A stretch of DNA of 64,000 nucleotides, taken from NCBI GenBank assembly GCA_026023565.1, contig JAPETS010000003.1, forward strand, positions 186,001 to 250,000, written 5' to 3'. The notes under the pieces were generated by a model. That model was given only the letters and a program-made list of their open reading frames with translations. It was not told the DNA's origin and made no database searches. The translations under genes were made by a program, and so were the position numbers. This document shows positions 50,110-62,180 of this stretch, piece by piece; positions within the stretch are counted from its first letter, which is position 1; every line of letters starts with the position of its first letter. This DNA is from Cirrosporium novae-zelandiae. Its lineage: Eukaryota.

Positions 50110-50676
50110 ATGGCTCCCTACTTAAAGCTGGTTGTCCGTGATGATGATACCGAAGTCAACAATGATTTAACACCAACCATGGTGAACCTCCTCCTTGTGC
50201 TGCTCTCTCTGGTCCTCATCGGACTTATCCTCGTAGCTGCACTGTACCTCATCCGCCAACGACGTGCAACCATGAAGCGTGCAGATCAACTCCCTCTGTT
50301 CGGCAACCAAGCTACCACCACCACCTCCAACCATAGGCGCCTTACTATCAGCGCAACCGCTTGCAATGGCCAATCTTCACCTGTTTACGTTTACAACGAA
50401 AAGAGGGAACTTCTCGACAATTCCAACAGCCCTCCCGCAAGCCCAGTTCCCGAGATCAGAATTACCTTCCCAGAAGATGAAGATGATGCCACCAACAAGC
50501 ACAAGTCCGGAAGAGTTGTGATTGTTCGAGTCAGCGAGTCCGGTGGCGTTGGACTCGAACCATGCGAAGAAGACAACCTTCCACCCTATCAAAAAACCGA
50601 TGCGGATAGATTCCAGTCTCTTGATCTGGAACGTATGGGAGGATTGAAAGAGAAGGATAGTACCCGATACTCATGA
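50110..50676 (+). CDS. Small single-pass membrane protein of unknown function (188 aa)
   Basis: Good ATG context (CATAATGG). One long hydrophobic segment followed by basic RQRR, then a cytosolic tail containing PEIRIT and LPPY. Confidence 0.8.
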   Translation: MAPYLKLVVRDDDTEVNNDLTPTMVNLLLVLLSLVLIGLILVAALYLIRQRRATMKRADQLPLFGNQATTTTSNHRRLTISATACNGQSSPVYVYNEKRELLDNSNSPPASPVPEIRITFPEDEDDATNKHKSGRVVIVRVSESGGVGLEPCEEDNLPPYQKTDADRFQSLDLERMGGLKEKDSTRYS

Positions 50677-51391
50677 AGCTCGAGACTATAGCTCTAACCC
50701 CCTCCGGTCATTTTCTTTTGATACCTCTACAATATATTTCCCGACTGGGGGACGATCCTTCCGGCTTTTCTTCATGATGACTTTATTCAATTCTTCACCA
50801 CGGAGACTGCCCGATGTCCTCGACGGTTCCCGCGTACAGTTTTACATTTGAGCAGATGTTGGCTTCGGCGCCTAGGTTATCGATACCCTGACACGTCCAT
50901 AGGGTTTCATTTACTTCTTCTGGCTAAGGGCATGAATTTTGCATAGTAGCAGCCGTGACCAGGGTAGCTGTGACATGGCGGCAAACCCACCTGTACAGAA
51001 GCATGTTCATAATGTATTAATATATTCCGATAACTTCGGCATTGCGGTAGACAGGGATTCTCATTACGATGTTTATATGATAGATAGTATATAATTTCCT
51101 AACTCAAATTTGCAGCATGATACAAAAAATAAATAAAAAAATATGCGCTCCCGTAGTGCGACAGATTGCATAGTTCCCCAGGATTGATGATTTCCCTGTA
51201 TCAAAAGTACCTAGGTAATCTCCTATTGCTTGCGGTTAGTGTCGGATAAAGTTGTTGATACGTGTGGGTTGCATGAGAAACAATCCACACTCGAAATTCA
51301 CCTGCACTGTTTTCAGCCAGTTACTTTTATGTTCATTCCCTAGGTTTTTGGTATTTCGAATGTTGGTTCATTGGAACCTTAGTTCACCTTA

Positions 51392-54300
51392 ATGCAAATG
51401 GGCGAAGATGGTAGGCTTTTGGATTATCGCAAGATAAAAGCCCAATATGCCGAAGCCAAAGCTCTAAAGGCGCAAGAGAAAGCTGTGGATGGACCTGGCA
51501 AAGAGACTGAAGAAATCGAAAAGCTCTATAAAAAACGAGCCCTCCAGTTCAATGTCTCCCATGGTCTACTCATTGCCTTTCTAAGCTGCATCTTGTACGT
51601 CATCAATCCTGGTTACTAATTACTCTGACGTTTGGTTGTCAATAGTGTAATTCATGTCCTTGGTATCTTTCTCTTCACCAAGGGTTTTCTTTTAACGCGC
51701 CTTGTACTGGATGAGAAATCCAAATGCGATATATCACCGATTCAAAATGTTCAAGTCCAGGGATCGTCCTCGGAAGGGTGCTGGCATCCTAAATCTTTCG
51801 ACAAGGCTGTTGTGATACTCATCGATGCCCTTCGCTACGATTTCACGGTTCCCTTTCACCCTGCCAACGACGATGACAAGCCACATCATTTCCATAACGC
51901 CCTTCCGGTTCTTTATGAAACGGCTACTCAACATCCCAAAAATGCCTTCCTGCTTCCATTCATCGCCGATCCCCCGACAACTACACTTCAAAGATTGAAA
52001 GGCTTGACCACAGGAACCTTGCCGACATTCATTGACGCAGGCTCCAACTTTGCTGGAAATGCAATCGACGAGGATAACATACTTGCACAATTAAGGAGTG
52101 CGGGCAAAAACTTAGTCCACCTGGGGGATGATACGTGGCATGCACTTTTCCCTGGGTTTTTCGATGCCAACCTGACACACGCGTATGATTCATTCGCCGT
52201 ATGGGACTTGCACACTCTCGACAATGGGGTTATTGAGCATTTGTTTCCCCTACTTGAGCGCGAGAATACATCTAAATGGGACGTTATCTTTGGGCACTTT
52301 TTAGGAGTAGACCACGCGGGCCACCGATATGGACCCGACCATCCTGCTATGGCGGATAAGTTACAGCAAATGGACGGAGTAATTCGTCAAATGATAGATG
52401 CTTTGGACGATTCTACCTTGCTTGTGGTTATGGGAGATCACGGCATGGATGCTAAGGGTGACCATGGTGGTGAATCAGACGATGAGGTCCAGGCGGCTTT
52501 GTGGATGTACTCGAAGAAGCCAATATTTGGTCGCACATCAACAGAATATATTGAGCCACCGCGCACTGCAAAAGAAAGGCCCGTTCCTCAGATTGACCTT
52601 GTCCCTACACTCTCCCTTCTTCTTGGAATACCAATACCTTATAATAATTTAGGTGCGCCAATCGAAGAAGCGTTTATCGGAGCTCGTGGAAATGACTGGC
52701 AGAATCTTGTAAAAGTTAACCGACTTGCCGCGGCGCAAATCAACAGGTACTCTCATGCATATGCTGGTGCTAGGGGTATGGATGAAAATAGTACCTTTAG
52801 CATGGATCTTTGGGAACAAGTTGAGACAGCAATGAAGCATGAAAAAGACCATGGAAGTTTTTGGAGCTCTCCGTCTCATGGCTCACCTGAACAATATGAG
52901 GCAATGAGAAAATATGAGAGGGAAGTTTTGGCTACCTGTAAGAGATTGTGGGCAAGATTTGATGTGCCAAGTATGATATACGGCATTTCTCTTCTTTCTC
53001 TTGGGCTTCTTTTATTGGGGGTTTATGCCCAGGGTATATATGGGGATAGAGTTGGACTAAGCTCTCTCGGTCTCATCCGCGCTACAGCTGGCGGCTGTAT
53101 TGGTTCACTAATTGGCTTCGCCCTGAGTTCTACGCTTCCTATAATCTCTCTTATGGATGGCTGTCTTCTCGGCCTAGGTGTTGGAGGGGCCATTGGGGTT
53201 TCATCCTGTGCTATTTCCCTCCCCGGAGGCTTTAATGTTCCCTTTCCCTCTACAATTTGGGGGTTCCTCTCCTTTTTATTCACTATCAGCCAGTCTATTG
53301 GTTATGCCTCAAATTCCTACACGATATGGGAGGATGAAATAATGTTCTTCTTCCTAGCTACTTTTGGACTGGCCGCGTTAATTTCTTCCTTGCGTCAAAG
53401 AGAACTCGCGGATAGAGCTCTTGGAACTTATCATTCGATTATTTTCCTAATCCTCACATGGGTGGCATCTGGCTCAAGGCTTTGCCGTGAGGAACAGATG
53501 CCTTTCTGCAAATCAACTTACTACGCCTCTGCTACATCCTCTACATCCGCTCCATGGCAGCTCCTAATCCCTTTCGTTGTTGCCCTTGTTTTGCCAAGCA
53601 TCATTAAATCGTTCTATAAAGGTACAAAATCATACGAGGGATCATCAGTCTTCTGGATTGGGTTTGCTCTTCGTATGGGTCTCCTCGTTTCAGCTTGTTT
53701 CTGGGTTCTCGACGCGGCTGATGATGGAAACTGGTTTCCATCACTGCCTGCTGGTAGTCTCAAGACGGTCAAGGTTACTATGGCTCAACTTGTCCTTGGG
53801 GTAGCTTTTGCTGCCGGGACATCCACATATGTTTGGGCCAAGCCATGTGTGAATATCGAGACCACCACACCCAAAACCGTCCCTCAACCAAGCAGCACCA
53901 CCAAATCTTTAGCACCTAAACCAGGACAATCTGTAACCATTCTTGGCTATTCCAACGTACATGGATCTCGCTACTTTCTCTTAATAAGCAATTTTGTCCT
54001 CGCAATCATCCTCGTCCAAAAGCCAATGGGCGGTGGGGCAATCGGCATCCTCGCATGGCAGATTCTCTCCTTGTGCGAAATTATCGACACCAACAATCTC
54101 TCCCAAAGCGCCATCGGCCCTATTGTTCTGGGTCTACTAGGAAGCTTCCATTTCTTCAAAACCGGCCACCAGGCCACCCTTGCAAGCATTCAGTGGCAGT
54201 CAGCATTCATCCCCCTAAAAACCATCCGCTACCCCTGGTCTCCAATCCCTGTCCTCCTCAACACCTTCGGCGCGCAAATTTTAACGGCCATATCCGTTCC

Positions 54301-54589
54301 CCTCATCGTGCTCTGGAAACAGCCCCCGAAGAAAAAGGGTCTGCTGAACGATGTAGCCAAGGCGATGGCAACACACATCCTCTACCACGCAGTTATAAAC
54401 CTAGCGACCACAATGTGGGCTGGCTATCTCCGGCGCCATCTCATGCTGTATCGGATTTTCAGTCCGAGGTTCATGGAGGGTGCGTTGGTACTACTAGTTG
54501 TGGATTTGTTCGGTATTTTTGTTGCTGTGGGGGGGCTCAGGTGGAACGTGTTGAGTGTGGCGGAGATATTCGGGTGGGAACTTGCATGA
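51392..54589 (+). CDS. GPI13: GPI ethanolamine-phosphate transferase 3 (GPI13/PIG-O), intron 51595-51645
   Basis: FTKGFLLTR, IDALRYDF, ADPPTTTLQRLKGLTTGTLPTFID, HFLGVDHAGH, GDHGM…GDHGG, a multi-TM C-terminal half and LRRHLMLYRIFSPRF. Confidence 0.95.
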
Positions 54590-54929
54590 TTTGATTAACC
54601 AGAAAGAAAATAGACATTTATTTACTATATATACATATACATACATCTCTGTTCAGTTCGTGATAGCCGACAGCCTAGGGATGCAAAATATACTAAAAAG
54701 TAAGCAGTGTGCATGGGAACGTTATTGCTACGGAGCATGGATAGTACGTGGATAGGTTAGATGTTTGCACTGTTTGCGTGTATGTAGTCTATATATTTTA
54801 CCCTGCTGAGGGTTACAACTTAGAAATCAATTCGATAATAAACTAGACCAGAGTATACCAGCTATCAACATGCATGTCCACTTCTATTTCAAAAAAAAAA
54901 AACCCTTTCCACTACGCAATTCTTCTAGA

Positions 54930-57274
54930 TTATTTTACTTCCGTCCAGCTTCGATGATGAACCCGACCTGTGGCATCATGTTCAGCGTCCCAATCCGCGA
55001 GATTTTCATCTGGCACTTTGATCAATTTATGCGTCATGGCGGCACCGTCATCTAACTCCAACACTACCTGGCAGATCTGGTAGCGTCCAAGTTTTGGCAG
55101 TAGGTGAATCCACAGCCAGTAGTAAACACCGCAGATGACGAGACTAGTTGGTATTGGGGGAATTTCCCTATTGTTGGCTTGATTGAAAAAAAAACGAGAC
55201 AGATAAAAAACATGAAGAATTGAAGAAAATAGCAAGAAACTTACACCGCAATACCAACCACGCAATATGTGGCGTACCAGAAACTGACATCGCCTCCATT
55301 GCGACCCGTGCTTGGTGGATACCAAGGCATCACTAGCAGGAATGTATTTGCGCAGATGGAGAAGACGACGACCGCGTCCCAGGCACGGAATTCGGAAGGG
55401 GGTATACCAAGTCGATTACGCCTTCGGCGGGTCAGCAACAAGCCAACAGCCATGGTAAAATCAAACGCGGCGGTTGGATAGGATTTCAAATCCACAACTG
55501 TAGTGCCATCCAGTTAGAAATCAAAACAGAAAAACATTCGGAGGTAAGGGACGGCTGGTTGACACATGAAGCTGATGGCATAGTTATACGAACTGAAATT
55601 AAAAGCATCACCCGCCGGCGGTGCCAGGATCATCAAAATAGTTATTATCCACTTTATGAAATAAGGGCCTAGCGGAGTGCCGAATGGATAGATGGAAGCC
55701 CAGAATTTTGGCCAGGGCAGGACTCCTTGTCTGGAAACACTGGTGTTAGCCTTAGAGCTCAAGATGGCGCTCATCTCCAGGAACAATATATCGATATCCA
55801 TATGTTGGATGGAATTCCTCACCTTCCACATTCACGGATTAGACGTGATTGCCCGATGAGCACGGCGATCAAATTTCCAAAAGCGCTAAGAGATATCAAA
55901 AAGTTGAGCGCTTTAGCAGCACCGCCTTCACCAAAGACTTTTGCAAAGAAGACACTAGCAGCAACCTCTTTGGAGGTTTCAATGTCCTCTTTAGACGAAG
56001 ACGAGAAAAATGCAATGTTGGTCAGTATATAGAGGACAGCGACGGCGAATAGAGACAGAGGAGCACTCCAGCGAAGCGTTCGGATAGGATTCTGGAACAT
56101 TCTTAGTGCTTCTCCCCAAATTCTTTGCTTATCTCAGAAAGCGATGGCCTAGAGATGCGGAGCATACCTTCACTTCATTGACCATGTTGAAAGCATTTTC
56201 ATACCCAGCATATGCGAAAATTACCTTGACCAATGCATTGGTAACACCGTACCCACTTGGGGGTGTGCCCTCGAACGCATGCCGGAAGTTCGTGCCAGGA
56301 TCTTTGACAGATGTGTGACCTCCCAGTACCACAAGACCGGTGACGCTGATGCTACAGAGCGCGAGCAAGTATTATTAGCATCTGCAGATAAATAAAGTCT
56401 TGGCACTCTAAACATACAAAATTAAGGTCAAAAGTTTGACAATACCAATAGCATTTGAGAACATAAGCGAATACCGATTGCTAAAAACGAGGACTGAAAG
56501 ATGACGGTTAACATTCTGGAAGCGAACGGAGAACGTTGACAGAGGTAGGGATACTGACACAAGACAGCCACAGTATAACCTGCAACAGCAACCCCCTTCT
56601 GTTCCCATGGGCTGGGTGAATGGCTACTAAGCTTGAAAAGATATTGCGCAAGTACTAGACAGCAGCCATTAGACAAGGAGTGATTCTGGAATTCAAACTG
56701 AATTTGTTTACCGATTGCATTACTGCTGCTGAATGAGAGAACGACAGATTGCACAGCGAATGCCGTTGGGAAAAAGTACTTGGGGCGTGGATACGCTTGT
56801 TCTAGGTAAACGACCTCTGACCCTGATCGGCTGGGGAAGTAGGATGCGAATTCGAGATAGACGCCCAGCGAACTCCCTGCGACGAGGAAACCGAGAAACC
56901 AATAGATCAAACTGAGACCGACCGAGCCGGTACCTTTCAATATCGTTGAGGCTGCAGCAGCACCATCATTATTAGTCCAGACCCTCTCTCCCACATACAA
57001 TTAATTGCACCATACGTGTAGAAAAAACACCAGTTCCGATCATCTTGCTCATATTCAAGAAGACCACTGTGACCCAGCCGACCGAGTATCCAAGCGGTGA
57101 TTTCTTTTCAACGGGAGCACCACTGGCTTCTTGATACGTGACCTTGGACGAGTTGACCCCTTTTTCAGCGGTGAACTTTAAATCACCATTAGCCATGACA
57201 TTGTTGTCAGAGGAGGCATCGTCCAACACTTGCGCCTCAAGCGTAACGGTTTTTGGGGACAAGGGCATGGCCAT
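54930..57274 (-). CDS. MUP1: High-affinity methionine permease-like APC/LAT-family transporter, many introns
   Basis: A series of minus-strand ORF pieces flanked by GT/AG sites: YQEASGAPVE…SPLGY, KMIGTGVFST, YLEFASYFPSRSGSEVVYLEQAYPRP, FAYAGYENAF, RECGR, APPAGDAFNF, MPWYPP and FWYATYC. Confidence 0.85.
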
Positions 57275-57499
57275 GTGGGTTTAAAAGGATATGGTGTGAG
57301 TAGAGGTGACAAATATCTCAACAGGTTGGTAGAGGATTAACAGATAAAGTTTGAAATTGCCAACAATCTCATTCTTGTTTTTAACAGCCCATGGCATCTT
57401 CTTTACTCCAGGCAGGCTTCTGAATATAAAGTCCCAGAGAAGCTTGCAACCAACATCATCTCTCGCTTGGTCGTAATGCTTGCTTATCAACCCCCTCCA

Positions 57500-57509
57500 A
57501 TGGCGCCAT
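57500..57509. promoter_or_regulatory. Candidate CYS3/MetR sulfur-regulatory bZIP site (ATGGCGCCAT)
   Basis: Perfect palindrome matching the Neurospora CYS3 consensus ATGRYRYCAT, about 225 bp upstream of the methionine permease ATG. Confidence 0.55.
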
Positions 57510-58063
57510 TGAAAAAACATGTTTATAAATCCAGGATAACAACTGTGGGGGGAAGAGAAAAGCATGCAAACAGAGTACGAGGGAGATGTTCCACTGTTCT
57601 CCAGGGATTAAAGGGGGTGGCTTTCAGGTTCCGCTGATGAAATCTACACTATGTATGAATGATAGTAGTAGTGCTTTTCTGTACATGTACAGGGGGGAAC
57701 ATATAGCAATAACTTGCTGGAATGAGAATCCGACATGGACTTGGTATTGGGTTTGTTGGTTTCTATCACCCTTGGCATGAATGACGTGCCTAGAGAGAGA
57801 TAACGGGTAGGGGTTGGGTACTGTATATTCGATTAAAGCTGGAATACTTTTTAACAGGGACAGTAGAAATGAAAGCGACCAGACCAGCCCAAAGATGGAA
57901 CCAGAAATATGATCCTAGGGAGGCTTTTTTTTTTAAAAAAAATCAACTTTCAATAACAATTTATGTTGAAGGTTTCTCCAAAGTCCATCCATCAATCACA
58001 ACCACGGCGGTCACTAAAAGATCTGGCCTTTTTTAACTGTAATTTTTTTTTAAAAAAGCCAAA

Positions 58064-58064
<1 letters not shown>

Positions 58065-58096
<32 letters not shown>

Positions 58097-58097
58097 C
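58065..58097. repeat. (AAC)n microsatellite
   Basis: About 11 perfect units, seen directly. Confidence 0.95.
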
Positions 58098-59988
58098 TTG
58101 AATGTTAAGTAAGATTGCCTAGTCTAATACAATTGAATTTCAACCGTGCCAATAGTACAGTACATTATCCATTATCGCAAACCATTATTATTGTTACAAC
58201 TGATCTGATCCCTCGCATCGCATAGCATCGCATCGCATAGCATCCTTGACAACGATAAGACAGTAAGTAGCAGTTCATAAGAGATTATGAATGTTGCAAT
58301 CCAACGTACCTCTGACGCTATCCCCCCCCCCCACAAGTTCGTACAAATAAACTACATATGGTTATAGTTTACAAGTACATGTACAAATATTATAGACCAA
58401 CCAACCAACCAACCACAAGGGAAAAAAAAAAAAAAAATTCTCCGAGGGGAGGTATCAGGGGTATTGATTGTATCATAAAAAAGAAAAATCATCACAATCA
58501 TCATAATCACACAATTAACTCCCCTGCTTGACGAGAGGAAGTTTTGTGAAATTCTAGACTTTGGATAAAAAAAATAAAAAAATAAATTAACGCCTTAGGA
58601 AATAAGACGAGAAAAGGTTGATTTGGTTTGATTTGAAAAACTGGGGAAGGGGGAGGGAGGGAGGAAGGAAAAAAGGGTTGAGTAGGGTAGGTAGGTAGGG
58701 TAGGTAATTATCTATCTATCTAATCCATATCTATATCTATATCTATATCATACTGTTATCATTCCTCCTCCTCCTCCCCCCTCATGGTCTTCTAGTTAGA
58801 TATACGTTTTTTGTTTTTTGGTTTGATTTGATTTGAGTTTCTATTACTGGATTAATAGAATTAATCATTCCATGTCCCATATCCCATAATCGCTACTTCT
58901 ACTTCAGTTTAGTTTAGTTCAGTTCAATTGCTTGCTTGCTTGTTTGTTCTTCCACTTTTCACTTTCCACTTCCCAAACTACCCCCCCCCCTCTCCAGCCA
59001 TAGACATGGACATCATCAAGCACAAAACCCGCACCAGACACCTCTCAACCTCTCAAACTTAATCTCTCTTAACCTTCCCCACTCCACATTAATCGAAATC
59101 TTCAATAGTATTGAAATTAAAAAAAAAAAAGATTACTGGGCCGTTTTCACGTCTTTTTAGCTCAAGCTCACTGAGTAGTTCTGATAGTTAGTCTCCCGAC
59201 AGGCAGGCAGGCAGGCAGGTAGGTAACTTTCTATTGAAGTTTTTTTTTTGTTTAGTAGTTTGATTGACTCGCTCGGGATGCTATTACTTAGTCCCTTATG
59301 GGAGAGGGGGGGGACCTCGACATATAAAGTAAAGTTAAAGTAAAAGTTTTTTATCAAAACTTGAGGTTTTTTGTTCCTGTGCTTAGTCGTGTTATTAGAC
59401 GGGGATTACCCATGGGATATATAAAAGATAAAATACTCCAGCTACTGTGGAGGGTAGAACGAAAGGGCTATTGGTTTGTACAATACATGTATAGTAAGAT
59501 AGCAATAGGGGCAGGTTTTTAGGATTGTTTGATTCTTTCTCTCTTCTTTTTTTTTGTATGAATGCATGATTAAGTATCCAGGTATTTACTCTTAACTACT
59601 ACGCTGTTCTGGCTGGCTGGCTGGCTGGCTGGTAGCTACAAAAGAAAGAAGTCGTTCTTATCCATGTCCATATCCCATATTTTATATTGTACCAATTATT
59701 GACAGTCCATCCAAGAACGGGGAGGTTTTTTTTTTCTCTCCGCGTGAAGTAGCTGTAGCTGTTTTTTTTTTTTTATAAGAGCGACATGGAAAGGATTCGG
59801 GAAGAAAGGAAAAAAGAAAGAAAGGGGGAGAGAAAAAGAGAGGAAGTATGAATAGGAGGGGGTGTAGTATATTCTCTAGAGTTTTATGTTATATTTGGAA
59901 TGGAATAGAAGATAGTTCTGGTAAAGAAAGGAAGAGGGAAGTACTTTCGACGGGTAAGAAATGAAAGCAACCAGAAACCCCCAAAGAT

Positions 59989-60245
59989 TAGAACTAGAAT
60001 AATATAACCTTTAAGGGAGGCAGGCCTTCAAACAAAACCAATTTTTATATATATATTTAATAATTAATTTTTTTTTAGGGCTTTGGGCAGAGAGAGAGGC
60101 CTTTAATTGAATTATTATTATTGAAAAATTGGTTTTGTTTGAAAGCTTTTTTCCCTAAGGTCACTTTTCTAGGTTTCGTTTTTTTGGGGGGGGGGGGGGT
60201 CTGGTCTGGTTTGGTCGTTTTTATTTCTTATTTGTTGAAAGTAAT
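59989..60245. repeat. Repeat family A, copy 2 (more AT-rich, slippage-expanded)
   Basis: TAGAACTAGAATAATAT…GGCCTTCAAACAAAACCAATTTTTATATAT…AATTGAATTATTATTGAAAA…CACTTTTCTAGGTTTCGTTTTTT aligns with 35492-35700. Confidence 0.85.
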
Positions 60246-60339
60246 TTTTATTGGTAATATCTTAAGTATTCTAACATATATATATTTATACACATATACA
60301 CACACGGCGATTAGGCCATAATATATTTTGGACAATCAA

Positions 60340-60398
60340 GGTCTGGTCGGTCTAAGGTCTATAGACCGTCTATTTGGGCTGATCTATTCACAACACTG
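60340..60398. repeat. Repeat family B, right-end fragment
   Basis: GGTCTGGTCGGTCTAAGGTCTAT-AGACCGTC…ATCTATTCACAACACTG aligns with 34674-34737. Confidence 0.8.
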
Positions 60399-60947
60399 AC
60401 CGACCATACGATGATAATGATTTCGTATATGGGAGAAAGGTTGAGGATAAGTCGAGTGGAGGTTTTTGCAGCTTGCTTAGAAAGATAGATGTGTGATGAG
60501 TCGGTTGAGAGCAACTTAGTTAGGTTAGATACGTAGGTAGATGGAAAAGAGAGAGAGAGAGAGAGATCTGATGATAGAACCAGAACCAGAACGCTGGATC
60601 CTCTACACCATCTTAGTAAATATGGTCGGTACATCTTGTTATTTGCTAGATATAAAAAAAGTAAGAAACCAGCCAAACATGGACACAAACATAGACATGA
60701 ACACAAGGACAAAAAAAGAAAGAAAGAAAGGGATATTATAAAAATATACTTTAATCCAATGGAAAAAAAACGAGAAAACTTTCTATGCACACATAAGGGG
60801 CAAGCAAGCATAGTATATGTGGTAGTAGAACTCTCTCTTTCTCCTTCCCTCTGCAATAACGCAAGCAGCTGACATCTGACATGGTTACTCAAAAAAAAAA
60901 GGATTATATATATAAAAGAATAGGACTAATAGCATTGCAAACAATAA

Positions 60948-61100
60948 TATTAAAAAGGCAAGCCAACAACACTCTTACTATACCTAACTAAAGCCAAAAG
61001 GACTTGGGATATCCTATCCACCACTTGAACGGATACCTAGTGTTAGTGTTAGGGTGTATAACTATATAACCTAGCCGCGCTGTAATAGTAAATATTATAT
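60948..61100 (+). repeat. Dispersed repeat family C copy
   Basis: TATTAAAAAGGCAAGCCAACAACACTCTTACTATACCTAACTAAAGCCAAAAGGAC…CACTTGAACGGAT…AGTGTTAGG…ATAACCTAGCCGCGCTGTAA is colinear with 27956-28232. Confidence 0.75.
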
Positions 61101-61745
61101 CCATAAGGGGAGAAGGGATCTATTGGTATGTTTGTGAGTGAGTTAGTGAGTTAGTGAACCAAAAAGATAAAAGAAAGGCTAGTTAGCTATCTCCTCAGCT
61201 CTCAGTTCTCGGCACCCCCATCCATCCACATCCACCCTAGCCTGGTCATTTTATACCTACAGTACCTACCCACCAACCAATCATCCTTTATTCAACAATA
61301 TAATAACATCCCTCTTTGTCATTCTTATTTTTCAACACCGTAATCCTTAATATAAAAAAGATTTCATTATTCTATTATTGTCATAGGATAAGATTAGATC
61401 TCTTGAAAAAAGTTTTGATTTTGAAGAGAAAAGAGAGAGGATGGATGGAATTAATTAAGAAGGAATAGAATTGATGTACCTGCGTATGTACCTGTGTATG
61501 TACCTGCGTATGTAGTATATCTTATGTGGGAGGTTGTTTTCTGGATAAATGCACGACAGAAGAAGAAGATCTATGCATTTGCAATGCTCGGGAGCTAAAA
61601 AGATAAAAAGATTAGCTCCCGTGGACTATAATGCACGTGCACACGGGGGGGAGGAACGGAAAGCGGAAAGATTAAAATTTGGTTAAATTATGAATTAATT
61701 AGATTAACTTAAATACATAACTTATTAGATAATTTAGACAACGCC

Positions 61746-61812
61746 TGTTCGAAGGCCTCCCCCGGGTCACTTTTCTGGGTCTGATCGCTTTCATTTTTAT
61801 TTTTATTGAAAG
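61746..61812. repeat. Repeat family A, partial copy 3
   Basis: TGTTCGAAGGCCTCCCCCGGGTCACTTTTCTGGGTCTGATCGCTTTCATTT matches the right half of copy 1 (35613-35680), with an internal gap. Confidence 0.65.
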
Positions 61813-62180
61813 GTATGTATAATGCACCATCAAACATGCGAACCATCCTCGGCCCTTGGCAATTTATTGTCCATTCAGGTACGGTAATAGTAAATGCTCG
61901 GACCAAAAAAAAATAATCACCCCATAATTGCGGTACATACTATGGTTATAGGCCGTGCCCCGTTAATCACGGCTTTGGTAACTTATCTTTCTAACTTAAT
62001 GTTGCGTTTACATGTGCGCGAACGAACCCACATCCCGAAATTTTGTGGATGGGGCCTGTTGATATAAGATGATGGATGTATAATGTTAAAAGTCCAGTTT
62101 CTTCTTCGGCCATATGAGAGTCGGTTTTGACGTTGTATTTTCTATATCATTTTGAGATTGTTAAATTCTATTCTCTAATA

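Noticed and set aside
60359..60892. 177-aa hydrophobic ORF
   Set aside because: Low-complexity translation of purine-rich repeats, overlapping a repeat-family B fragment.
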